Assembly: GCA_030537295.1 (NCBI GenBank)
Contig: JAUNNU010000002.1
Coordinates: 1-56,591 of the forward strand
Reading direction: 5' to 3'
From: Bacteroidia bacterium
GTDB lineage: Bacteria; Bacteroidota; Bacteroidia; Bacteroidales; F082
Length of the DNA: 56,591 nt
Program-made: the position numbers and the translations under genes
Notes under the pieces: generated by a model
The model's database searches: none
Told to the model about the DNA's origin: nothing
What the model saw: the letters and a program-made list of their open reading frames with translations, nothing else
Shown here: positions 16,988 through 25,670 of the stretch, one piece after another
Layout: each line of letters opens with the position of its first letter
Position numbering within the stretch: the first letter of the stretch is position 1

Positions 16988-17439
16988 AATATATTGTCAG
17001 GCAATTTGAGCTCTCGGGAAAGGAGATTTCGGAAGATTTCGCGGCAAGGATCTGCGAAAAAGTTGAATGTCACTCTTCATACGTGCAGCAACTCTCGTGG
17101 CTTGTGTGGCTTAACACCGATACGGTCGTTGACGAAGCAGTTTTTGAGGAGGCTGTGAATGATTTGATACAGCAAAATTTAGTGCTGTTTTTCAGATATT
17201 TGGATTCACTGACACAGTTTCAGATTAATTTTCTGAATGCAATAGCCGACGGAGTTGAGTCGGAGTTCAGCAAGACAGAAACCCTGTCAAAATACAACCT
17301 TGGCACGGCGGCAAACATAAAACGCCTCAAGGATTCGTTGGAAAACAAGGAACTGATTGATATTGAAGAAAATAAAGTCACTTTCAACGATCCGGTTTTC
17401 AAATTGTGGTTTAGGAGACGATTTAGGAGCTTTAGGTAA
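16988..17439 (+). pseudogene. C-terminal fragment of an archaeal-ATPase / DUF234-type ATP-binding protein, truncated by the IS982
   Basis: The frame is open from 16972. HSSYVQQLSWLVW and the winged-helix-like tail are present. No P-loop N-terminal half is present. Confidence 0.5.
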
Positions 17440-17474
17440 TTAGGAACTCAAACACCTAATCACCTAAAACTCCT
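17425..17474. terminator. 20-bp imperfect hairpin formed by inverted word repeats (TTAGG arm versus CCTAA arm) between convergent genes
   Basis: aggagctttaggtaattagg / cctaatcacctaaaactcct, with 18 of 20 positions complementary and a 10-nt loop. Confidence 0.5.
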
Positions 17475-17502
17475 ACTTGCCTAATCTGAAATCACTGCGT
17501 TT

Positions 17503-18573
17503 TTATTCGTAAACCTTCGCTTCGACTTCGCCATCGAGGACCATCACGCCGTTCATCGCGAGTGCCGCCATCTCGTCTTCGCCAGGATAGACATAGACCG
17601 GGGCGATCTTGTGCAGGTGGTCGTTGAGGATTGAGCAGAAGAGCTTGTCGTAGGCCATGCCGCCTGTGACGAAAATGCCGTCAACGTCCATTGAGAACGC
17701 TGATGCTGCGAGGCCGCCGACTTCCTTGGCTATCTGGTAAGCCATTGCGCGATAGACATTTTCCCATTCCTTGTTGCCGGCGCGGACTTCTTTCTCCACT
17801 GTGAGGGCGTCGTTGGTGCCGAGGTAGGCGACGAAGCCGCCTTGTCCCTTGAGCATCAGGTCGATGTCTTTCTTGGTGTATTTGCCGCTGAAGCAGGCGT
17901 TCATCAACGGACCTGACGGAAGGACGCCTGAGCGTTCCGGTGTGAACGGGCCGTCGCCGTTCAGTGCGTTGTTGACGTCAACGACACGGCCTTTCTTGTG
18001 AGCCGCCACGGAGATGCCGCCGCCGAGGTGGATGCCGATGAGGTTGAGGTCTTCGTATTTCTTGTTCACCGCCTTGGCGTGTGTGCGGGCGATGATCTTC
18101 TGGTTCAATGCGTGGAATATCGACTTGCGCGGGAACAGCGGATGTCCTGAATAACGCGCCACGTCGTCCATCTCGTCAACGACGACAGGGTCGGCGATGT
18201 AGGCCTTCACTCCGAACTCCTTCGCGATGCTGTTTGCGATGAGGCCGCCGAGGTTGCAGGCGTGCTCGCCGTTAGCGGCTTCGTTCAGGTCACGGATCAT
18301 CTTTTCATTCACCTCATAGACACCTGATGTCAACGGGTGGAGGAGACCGCCTCGGCCGACGACAGCGGTGAGGCCTGTGAGGTCGATGCCTTCAGCCCTC
18401 AGCTCGCTCATAATCACATCTTTACGGAACTCAAACTGGTCGGCGATTTTCTCAAACTTCGAGACTTCCTCCGTTGAGTGCTTGATGTTTTTCTTGAAGA
18501 CCTGTTCTTTGTCGTGGAACACAGCGACCTTCGTCGATGTTGAACCTGGATTGATAATCAATAATTTGTACAT
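17503..18573 (-). CDS. buk: Butyrate kinase
   Basis: 356 aa. MYKLLIINPGSTSTKVAVF and ASKHA-fold motifs are present throughout. Confidence 0.9.
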   Translation of the reverse strand: MYKLLIINPGSTSTKVAVFHDKEQVFKKNIKHSTEEVSKFEKIADQFEFRKDVIMSELRAEGIDLTGLTAVVGRGGLLHPLTSGVYEVNEKMIRDLNEAANGEHACNLGGLIANSIAKEFGVKAYIADPVVVDEMDDVARYSGHPLFPRKSIFHALNQKIIARTHAKAVNKKYEDLNLIGIHLGGGISVAAHKKGRVVDVNNALNGDGPFTPERSGVLPSGPLMNACFSGKYTKKDIDLMLKGQGGFVAYLGTNDALTVEKEVRAGNKEWENVYRAMAYQIAKEVGGLAASAFSMDVDGIFVTGGMAYDKLFCSILNDHLHKIAPVYVYPGEDEMAALAMNGVMVLDGEVEAKVYE

Positions 18574-18599
18574 TTCAATTTTATTTTAGAGGTTAATAA

Positions 18600-19505
18600 T
18601 TATTTAGCTAACATCGCTGCGAGGGCGATTGAATAGAGTTTTGTCTTGGCTGTGTCGCCGCGTGATGAGAGGACGCAAGGGACCTTGGCGCCCATGACGC
18701 ATGAACCCATCTCGGAGTGGTCGAACTTGGTGCAGCATTTGTAGAACACGTTTGCGCTCTCGATGTTCGGGAAGAGGAGGCAGTCGGCGTCGCCGGCCAC
18801 CGGGCTCTTGAATCCTTTTATTGCCACGGCTTCGGCGTCGATGGCGAGGTCCAAGGAGATAGGGCCGTCAACCATTGCGCCTTTGATCTGACCGCGGTCG
18901 GCCATCTTCGCGAGGAGAGCCGCCTCGACGCATGCCGACATCCCGTAGCTCATCTGCTCCGTGGCGGCGATGACTGCAATCTTCGGGCAGGCGATGCCGA
19001 GTGCCTTGGCTGTCGTCTGGAGGTTTTTCAAGATGGTCTGTTTCTGCTTGAAGTCAGGAGCCGGCATGATGGCCGCGTCGCTGACGAACAGCAGCTTATG
19101 GTAGTTCGGGTTCTCGATGACCGCCATGTGGGCGAGTGTCACATTCGGAGGGCAGAGTCCGCGTTCTTTGTTCAGGATGGCGCGCATGTACTTGTCGGTC
19201 GGGAGAAGGCCTTTCATGAGGATGTCGCCTTCACCGCGGTTAATGATGTCGCATGCCATCGCAGCCGCCTTCACGTCGTCGGTTTCCTGGACGATCTTGA
19301 ATTTGTTGACATCGATGTTCTCCGCCTTGCAGACACCTTCGATGGTGGCGCGGTCGCCGACCAATGTGGCGTCAATAAGACCGTGGTCGATGGCATCGCT
19401 GACAGCGCAGATTGTGTGTTCATCGTTTGCGTAAGCAGCAACTAAACGTTTTTTCGGACGGCTCTTAAGCACGTCAAACATCTGTTCAAGTTTTGTGATT
19501 TCCAT
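18600..19505 (-). CDS. ptb: Phosphate butyryltransferase (PTA_PTB family)
   Basis: 301 aa, typical length and motifs (ILMKG, VSDAA, VDGPISLD), immediately upstream of buk. Confidence 0.85.
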   Translation of the reverse strand: MEITKLEQMFDVLKSRPKKRLVAAYANDEHTICAVSDAIDHGLIDATLVGDRATIEGVCKAENIDVNKFKIVQETDDVKAAAMACDIINRGEGDILMKGLLPTDKYMRAILNKERGLCPPNVTLAHMAVIENPNYHKLLFVSDAAIMPAPDFKQKQTILKNLQTTAKALGIACPKIAVIAATEQMSYGMSACVEAALLAKMADRGQIKGAMVDGPISLDLAIDAEAVAIKGFKSPVAGDADCLLFPNIESANVFYKCCTKFDHSEMGSCVMGAKVPCVLSSRGDTAKTKLYSIALAAMLAK

Positions 19506-19539
19506 ATTTCTATATTTTTATGTTGATAAATTAAATTTT

Positions 19540-20682
19540 CTAACAGCCTATATATCTTGATATTACGAGTTTCAGGATTTCGCTTGTGCCTTCGCCGATT
19601 TGCAGGATGCGTTGGTCGCGGTAGAAACGTTCCATGTCGAAGTCTTTCAGCAGTCCGTGTCCGCCCATCACCTGAACGGCCTTGTCGCAGACCTCCGCCG
19701 CAACCGTCGAGCAGTAGAGTTTCGCCATCGCAGCTTCTTTCCCGAAAGGAAGATGTGCGTCTTTCATGCGGCAGGCCTTGTAAAGAAGCTCGCGTGCCGC
19801 CTCGATTTTCGTTGCCATCTCGGCGAGCATGAAGCTGACGGCCTGGAACTTGCATATCGGCTTGCCGAACTGCACGCGTTTCTTTGAATAATCCAACGCC
19901 ATCTCGTAGGCGCCTTGGGCGCAGCCGAGTCCCATCGCTCCGATTGACAGACGGCCGCCGTCCAACGTCGCGAGCATGATATGCGAACCCTGCCCCGGCT
20001 CTCCGAGGACGTTTTCGTCTGAAAGACGCACGTCGTTGAACTTCAGCTCGCCGGTGTTGGAGGCGCGCCACATCATCTTGCGGTCCATCGGGCGTTGCGT
20101 GAAGCCCGGAGTGTCGTTCTCAATCAAAAACGCGGTGAACTCCGGCTTGCCGTCGCTCTCGCCGCTGACGACCTGAATGGTGCTTCCGAGTGTCATCGGG
20201 GTGGCACTGTTGGTGATGAAAATCTTCGAGCCGTTGACAACCCACTGACCGTCAACGAGTTTCGCAGTCGATTTCGTCCCGCGTGAGTCGCAGCCCGCCG
20301 TCTCTTCGGTAAGGCCGAAACCCCAGAGACAATCCTTGCACAGGCGCGGGAGATATTTCTCTTTCTGTTCTTTTGTGCCGTATTCCTTTATCGGGCCGAT
20401 GCCCAATGAGTTGTCAGCCGCGATGGTGGCCGCCGTCGAACCGTCGATGCGGGCGAGTTCCTCAACGGCTATTATATAAGATAAGGTGTCGAGTTCCTGT
20501 CCGCCGTATTCCTTCGGGACGCAGATGCCGAGAAGACCGGCATCACCCATCTTTTTCGTCAGCTCCACGTCGAACTTCTCGTGTTCGTCGTTGAACGCCG
20601 CCACCGGTTTCACCTCTCTCTCGGCAAACTCGCGCACCTTGGCACGAAACTCAATCTGTTTTTCGTTAAGTCCGAAATTCAT
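19540..20682 (-). CDS. Acyl-CoA dehydrogenase (short / branched-chain type)
   Basis: 380 aa. Has GFGLTEETAGCDS and a C-terminal YRDQRILQIGEGTSEI signature. The start overlaps the upstream stop (ATGA). Confidence 0.9.
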   Translation of the reverse strand: MNFGLNEKQIEFRAKVREFAEREVKPVAAFNDEHEKFDVELTKKMGDAGLLGICVPKEYGGQELDTLSYIIAVEELARIDGSTAATIAADNSLGIGPIKEYGTKEQKEKYLPRLCKDCLWGFGLTEETAGCDSRGTKSTAKLVDGQWVVNGSKIFITNSATPMTLGSTIQVVSGESDGKPEFTAFLIENDTPGFTQRPMDRKMMWRASNTGELKFNDVRLSDENVLGEPGQGSHIMLATLDGGRLSIGAMGLGCAQGAYEMALDYSKKRVQFGKPICKFQAVSFMLAEMATKIEAARELLYKACRMKDAHLPFGKEAAMAKLYCSTVAAEVCDKAVQVMGGHGLLKDFDMERFYRDQRILQIGEGTSEILKLVISRYIGC

Positions 20683-22676
20683 ATACTTAATTCTATTAAA
20701 ACTTTCTTTTTATCAACTTTGTCGCCAACTTTCACGTTGACTTTCAACACTTTGCCGTCGCATTTCGCCACGATGTCGGAAAACATCTTCATTGCCACGG
20801 TGACGCAAAGCACGTCGCCGCGTCTTACCGTGTCGCCTTCCTTGACGCAGATTTTCTCGATGTTGCAAGGCATCGGCGCAAAATACTTCAAGTCTTCATC
20901 GCCGAACTCCTCTTGCGAATACTCGCGCATGTCGTTGAGCTGGTCGCCGCGGTGACAGATGAAATCTAACCCGCGGAAATGCACGCAGAACTCGTGACTC
21001 GGCGTCTGTGAGACGAAAATCGCCTCCGTGCGCCCGTTGATTATCACCTTGCGGATGTCGCTGTCATTCTGCGTGAGCATGACGGAATATTCAATTCCGT
21101 TTATTGTGCAATATAACGCCTTGTGTGTCAATGACTTGATTGAGACATTGCATTTCACATTCTCGACAAACACATTCAATGACATCTGAAAACGCCAGTA
21201 TCCGATGGCGTTCCATACGTTGTCGATATTTCCATTTTCCAAATAATTTTTGTTGAAATCATAGAACAGAAACATTGCGGCGACATCTTCTTTTTTGATG
21301 TCCGTGCGTGTGCGATGCATGGTTTCTATGAGTTCGTCTTGATGTTTCTCGCAATATGAAGTATCAATTTTATTATCTATAAAGTCTTGATTTTCAATGA
21401 TACTTTGCAGATAAGGAATGTTGTTTTTCTCTGTCTGGACGATATATTCGCGTAATGCCTTGCGCATGATTTCCATTGCGTCGGAGCGTCGTTTGCCGAA
21501 GCATATCACTTTCGCAATCATCGGGTCGTAGTTCGGGGAGATCGTGCAGGCGTTGTCGATGCTGCTGTCGATTCTCAAGCCGCGCATCTGCGGTTCGTGG
21601 TATAGTGTCACCTCGCCGGGTGCCGGGGCGAAGTTGTTTTCAGGGTCTTCGGCATATACGCGGCATTCGATGGCGTGACCGTTGTCTTGGATGACGTCTT
21701 GTGTCCAGCCCATCTCCTTGCCGCGTGCGATGCGGATTTGCTCCTCTACGATGTCGATGCCGGTGCGCTGCTCCGTGACCGGATGCTCCACCTGGATACG
21801 GGTGTTCATCTCAAGGAAATAGAAGTTCAAATCCTTGTCAACGAGGAACTCCACCGTGCCAGCGTTTTTGTAACCGACTTGTCTGCAAAGACTTACGGCG
21901 GTGTCGCATATCTCCTTGCGTTTTTCCGGAGTAAGTGTCGGCGACGGTGACTCTTCTATTATCTTTTGGTAACGGCGTTGTACCGAGCATTCGCGTTCGA
22001 ATAGGTGAACGACGTTTCCGAAATGGTCGGCGAGAACCTGTACTTCGATGTGACGCGGGTTCTCAACATATTGTTCCACAAACACTTCGCCGTTTCCGAA
22101 GAACTGCAACGCTTGTCTTGAAGCCGTTTCGAGAGCTGGTCTCAATGCGGCGGCGTCTTTCACTATGTGCATCCCTTTTCCGCCGCCGCCCGCCGCCGCC
22201 TTGATGAGGACGGGGTAGGGGAGGCTTCCGGCTTTGCCGACGATCTCGTCGATGGTTCCGGTCATGCCGAAAGTGACGGGGATGTCGTGTTCGATGGCGA
22301 ACTGGCGCGCCGCCACCTTGTTGCCCATGAGACGCATGGTGTCGGCATCGGGGCCGATGAAGATGATGTTGTTTTCAGAACACGCCTCGGCAAGCTCCGG
22401 GCTTTCCGACAAAAACCCGTAGCCGGGATGAATGGCGTCGGCGCCGGTGTCGAGTGCGGCGTCGATTATTTTCTGGATATTAAGGTATGTGTCGCGGATC
22501 GCCCCGCCGCCGAGCGGACGCGCCTCATCGGCCATCCTGCAATAAAGGGCGTCAGAATCGTTGTCGGCATATATTGCGACAGAATTGATACTCAATTTCT
22601 TAAGCGTCCTTATTACACGAACGGCAATCTCGCCTCGAGCGGCGACAAGCACTTTATGAATCTTCCTTGAAGGCAT
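20679..22676 (-). CDS. Biotin-dependent acyl-CoA carboxylase alpha subunit (biotin carboxylase - BT - BCCP fusion; MCC / PCC-alpha architecture)
   Basis: 665 aa. ATP-grasp biotin carboxylase N-terminal 450 aa, a linker domain, and C-terminal AMKM biotinylation motif. Confidence 0.9.
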   Translation of the reverse strand: MPSRKIHKVLVAARGEIAVRVIRTLKKLSINSVAIYADNDSDALYCRMADEARPLGGGAIRDTYLNIQKIIDAALDTGADAIHPGYGFLSESPELAEACSENNIIFIGPDADTMRLMGNKVAARQFAIEHDIPVTFGMTGTIDEIVGKAGSLPYPVLIKAAAGGGGKGMHIVKDAAALRPALETASRQALQFFGNGEVFVEQYVENPRHIEVQVLADHFGNVVHLFERECSVQRRYQKIIEESPSPTLTPEKRKEICDTAVSLCRQVGYKNAGTVEFLVDKDLNFYFLEMNTRIQVEHPVTEQRTGIDIVEEQIRIARGKEMGWTQDVIQDNGHAIECRVYAEDPENNFAPAPGEVTLYHEPQMRGLRIDSSIDNACTISPNYDPMIAKVICFGKRRSDAMEIMRKALREYIVQTEKNNIPYLQSIIENQDFIDNKIDTSYCEKHQDELIETMHRTRTDIKKEDVAAMFLFYDFNKNYLENGNIDNVWNAIGYWRFQMSLNVFVENVKCNVSIKSLTHKALYCTINGIEYSVMLTQNDSDIRKVIINGRTEAIFVSQTPSHEFCVHFRGLDFICHRGDQLNDMREYSQEEFGDEDLKYFAPMPCNIEKICVKEGDTVRRGDVLCVTVAMKMFSDIVAKCDGKVLKVNVKVGDKVDKKKVLIELSI

Positions 22677-22692
22677 AATATATAAATCGTTG

Positions 22693-22700
22693 CAAAAGTA
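22693..22700 (-). promoter_or_regulatory. -7 box TACTTTTG (minus strand) upstream of the carboxylase operon
   Basis: The plus strand reads caaaagta, about 17 nt upstream of the ATG at 22676. Confidence 0.45.
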
Positions 22701-22722
22701 CGACTATTTTATTTGATAAGCA

Positions 22723-22757
22723 AGTAAAAGTTGAAAGTAAAAGATAAAAATTGAAGA
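22723..22757. repeat. AAAGT / AAAAG-type word repeat
   Basis: gtaaaagttgaaagtaaaagataaaaattgaag. Confidence 0.5.
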
Positions 22758-22826
22758 ACGCAAAACACAGTGTACATATATCCACCGCGCCTTGCGTCCT
22801 CTTAAGTTTTTTCGTTGATGTTTCCC

Positions 22827-23066
22827 TTAATCTCTCTTTTTGGAGATGGCGTATCCTGCGCCAAGTGCTGTGAGAATTAAAATTCCGCTGCCTAACGGTG
22901 CGTTCTGGTCGCCTGTCAAGCCATGTGAACCAGGGAGAGCCGGTAACGTTTCTCCGTCACGGAGGTTGTCAAAGTCTTGCCAATCGTTGAAAAATCCGTC
23001 TCTCTGAGCCGATGCGCCGAACCCGAGAATAATCGTCAATGCAATCGTAAAAAATATCTTTTTCAT
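22827..23066 (-). CDS. Small exported protein with a C-terminal TM plus basic tail (sorting-signal-like)
   Basis: Signal peptide MKKIFFTIALTIILGFGASAQ, a core of about 35 aa, then APLGSG-ILILTALGAGYAI-SKKRD. It has its own TATCTTTG box at 23195-23202 on the minus strand. Confidence 0.6.
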   Translation of the reverse strand: MKKIFFTIALTIILGFGASAQRDGFFNDWQDFDNLRDGETLPALPGSHGLTGDQNAPLGSGILILTALGAGYAISKKRD

Positions 23067-23297
23067 TTTGTATCTGTATGTGACCCAATACATTATATTA
23101 TTGAGCCTGATTATTAAAATCTTTATTCAAAAAACTCAAAACATCCTTTTGTGGCTATTAAAAACCTCTGAAGTCCTGTTTGAATAACAATTCGCAAAGA
23201 TAGAAAAAAAATTGAAATGGAAACAGAATTTTAAATTTTTTTTTGACAGAGGCATTCGAGTGAATCAGAATGTAATCCTATGTCAATATTTTGTGAA

Positions 23298-24314
23298 TTA
23301 CTCTTCTTCTTTGGCCGCTGTCGAGAGCAGTCCGCATGCGGCGTTGATGTCTTGTCCGCGTGAGGCGCGTATTGTCGCGATGATGCCTTTGTCGTTGAGG
23401 CGGTCGCGGAAACGTGTCATGTCGTCCATCGTCAGGCTTTGCAGTGCGACACCGGGGACGGCGTGGAATCTTATCAGGTTCACGCGGCAGCGCAGCGGGC
23501 CGAGCTGCCTTGCGAGTTCGTTGACGTGTCTCTGGCTGTCGTTAAACCCTTTGAACACAATATATTCGAACGACACGCGGCGTTGACCGCTCCAGTCGTG
23601 CTGCCGTATTGCGTGTATCACTTCGCTTATCGGGAACTTGTTCTCAATTGGCATAATCTTCGCGCGCTCGTCGTGGAACGGGCTGTGCAGACTGACTGCG
23701 AGGTTGCATCTCGACTCCTGCATGAAACGTTTCATGTTCGGGATAAGACCTGATGTCGAGACCGTGATGCGCGTCGGACTCATCGCTAAACCCCATTCCG
23801 ATGTCATGATGTCAAGCACCCGCATGATGTTGTCGTAGTTGTCCATCGGCTCGCCCATGCCCATGAAGACGAAGTTCGACAGTTTCTCGAACTCCGGGAG
23901 GTTGAGTATCTGGTTTATGATGTCGCCGGCTGAAAGATTCCCTTGGAATCCCTGTTTCCCTGTCTGGCAGAACTGGCAGTTCATCTTGCATCCGACCTGG
24001 CACGACACGCACAATGTGGCGCGTTCCTTTTCTGGGATGTAAGCCGCCTCGATGAAACCGTCCTCCGCCGGGAAAAGATATTTCTTCGTGCCGTCTCTCG
24101 ATTCCTGGACGGTGACGAAGTCGCGGTAGCCGGTCGTGTAGTTTTCAGATAAAAGCTGGCGCGTAGCCTTTGAGAGATTCGTCATCTCGTCAAAAGTTTT
24201 CACCCGCTTTAGGTAAAGCCATTCAACGAGTTGTTTCGCTGTGAATTTCGGCAGGTTGTGTTGAGCCACGAGTTCCTGAAGCTCCGCAAATGACATTCCA
24301 AGTAATGATTTCAT
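23298..24314 (-). CDS. rlmN: 23S rRNA / tRNA adenine-C2 methyltransferase RlmN (radical SAM)
   Basis: 338 aa. Has the N-terminal HhH-like region, the CKMNCQFC radical SAM cluster motif and a conserved C-terminal Cys region. Confidence 0.9.
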   Translation of the reverse strand: MKSLLGMSFAELQELVAQHNLPKFTAKQLVEWLYLKRVKTFDEMTNLSKATRQLLSENYTTGYRDFVTVQESRDGTKKYLFPAEDGFIEAAYIPEKERATLCVSCQVGCKMNCQFCQTGKQGFQGNLSAGDIINQILNLPEFEKLSNFVFMGMGEPMDNYDNIMRVLDIMTSEWGLAMSPTRITVSTSGLIPNMKRFMQESRCNLAVSLHSPFHDERAKIMPIENKFPISEVIHAIRQHDWSGQRRVSFEYIVFKGFNDSQRHVNELARQLGPLRCRVNLIRFHAVPGVALQSLTMDDMTRFRDRLNDKGIIATIRASRGQDINAACGLLSTAAKEEE

Positions 24315-24336
24315 GTTGTATTTTTTTTCTGAAAAA

Positions 24337-24783
24337 TTAAACTGTCCTTAATATATGTTTCTTGAATTTTCTGATGAACCACTTTTTAAATCTTACTGCC
24401 GGGACGAATAAAGTTGTCATTCTCCAACAGAATGAATCACAATCCATTACGGTTCCGTTTATCCTTTTGAAAGAAGACAGAACCGCAACAATGTCTTTTC
24501 TGTTGAATCTTTCAAAAGTATATAGGTTGTCGCCTCGTGCCACAACGGCCTCGCCTTCGGTGTGATGGAAGCGGTGCAGGATGTGCTTGCCGTTGTAACG
24601 GAAAAGCAGCACCGCATTTCTGCTCAAGACGTTTGTGTTTCCGACAGGTGAAAGCGTGACGAGACATCCGTCTTCAAGTGTCGGGGTCATGCTCGTCCCG
24701 CGCAGCGGAATGGTGATGCTTTCGCCTCGTGCCACGCATTCTTCCACTTCCTCGAATACGATTTCGTTTGGTACCGTTATCAT
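24337..24783 (-). CDS. S24 / S26-family Ser-Lys peptidase-like protein
   Basis: 148 aa. Has GTSMTPTL (nucleophile box), GKHILHR (Lys box) and ARGDN. The ATGA overlap links it to the upstream gene. Confidence 0.7.
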   Translation of the reverse strand: MITVPNEIVFEEVEECVARGESITIPLRGTSMTPTLEDGCLVTLSPVGNTNVLSRNAVLLFRYNGKHILHRFHHTEGEAVVARGDNLYTFERFNRKDIVAVLSSFKRINGTVMDCDSFCWRMTTLFVPAVRFKKWFIRKFKKHILRTV

Positions 24784-25670
24784 TTCCCGAAGATTGTTTT
24801 TCTCGACAGCTCGGCGGCCTCCACATCAGGCAGGCAGTCGAGTTTGTAAACCGGCACCTGCATCAGGATCTCCGACACGCTGTCGAGCATCTTCTCGTTC
24901 AGCTCATCGACTTTCGCGAACGCCGGCGGGAACGACGGGAACAGTGCCGTTATCGATTCAAGCGGGTTGAGGCGTCTCATCTTGTTTTCCGGTGCCTGCG
25001 CCAGGCGCACCACGGCCTTCAGCGGATACGATTGCGTTTTGTAACACGGTGTCTTGCCGCTCCACGGCGAGCCAAAAACCACAGGACTTCCGCTTTCGGT
25101 GGAGACGATTGGGCTGTCGTCGTTCAGAAGCGACGCATCCTCGAAGTTGCTGTACCACAGTCTCGTATGCGTACTCTTTCCGGTTCCCGACTCGCCGAGG
25201 AACATGACGGCTTGTCCTTCATATACCAGACAAGAGGTGTGGACGCCGTACGCCCCGACTTCCGACCCGAACAGGTTGAAAGCGAACCACAACGCAAACC
25301 TCATCGCGTCAACGTCATCGAGGGAAGAACCGAAAACCTGCCCGTCGCGGTATTCCATGCTGAAACGGGCACCTTTCTCATTGCTTTCCATTTCGAAGAC
25401 GGGAATGTCACCCTTGAAACCGAACCTGCTCGTAATGCTGTCTGATTCAATCTCATACACTTTTCTTAACGGTGTCAACGAAAGCATTCTCTCGTCAAGA
25501 TTGACGATCCAAGGCTCGATGTCGTCGTGCCGGTCGGTGCTGTTTTTGTCGATTTCAAAGATATCGAAGCCGGCAATGTTGCGGACGCACTGCACTGAGC
25601 TGCCGCCGTTGACTACCATTACGTGGCCGCCGATGAAATATCTGACAGTGTTTTTAGATGAGCAAGCCAT
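24780..25670 (-). CDS. HPr-kinase-C-terminal-like P-loop protein (HprK-related)
   Basis: VHTSCLVYEGQAVMFLGESGTGKSTHTRLW...LLNDDSPIV matches the HprK C-domain pattern. The ATG at 25670 overlaps the PqqD-like ORF by 17 nt. The ORF-track start at 25679 is TTG. Confidence 0.7.
   Translation of the reverse strand: MACSSKNTVRYFIGGHVMVVNGGSSVQCVRNIAGFDIFEIDKNSTDRHDDIEPWIVNLDERMLSLTPLRKVYEIESDSITSRFGFKGDIPVFEMESNEKGARFSMEYRDGQVFGSSLDDVDAMRFALWFAFNLFGSEVGAYGVHTSCLVYEGQAVMFLGESGTGKSTHTRLWYSNFEDASLLNDDSPIVSTESGSPVVFGSPWSGKTPCYKTQSYPLKAVVRLAQAPENKMRRLNPLESITALFPSFPPAFAKVDELNEKMLDSVSEILMQVPVYKLDCLPDVEAAELSRKTIFGK

Noticed and set aside
18717-19445. 242-aa ORF antisense to ptb
   Set aside because: It is a shadow ORF. 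ptb on the minus strand is well supported.
19442-20071. 209-aa extremely Arg-rich ORF overlapping the acyl-CoA dehydrogenase and ptb
   Set aside because: It is a compositional artefact of an off-frame reading of a GC-rich coding region.
23298-24314. The radical SAM gene next to the PqqD-like operon as a RiPP maturase
   Set aside because: The sequence is a canonical RlmN in length, N-terminal domain and CxxxCxxC context, with no SPASM / twitch extension.
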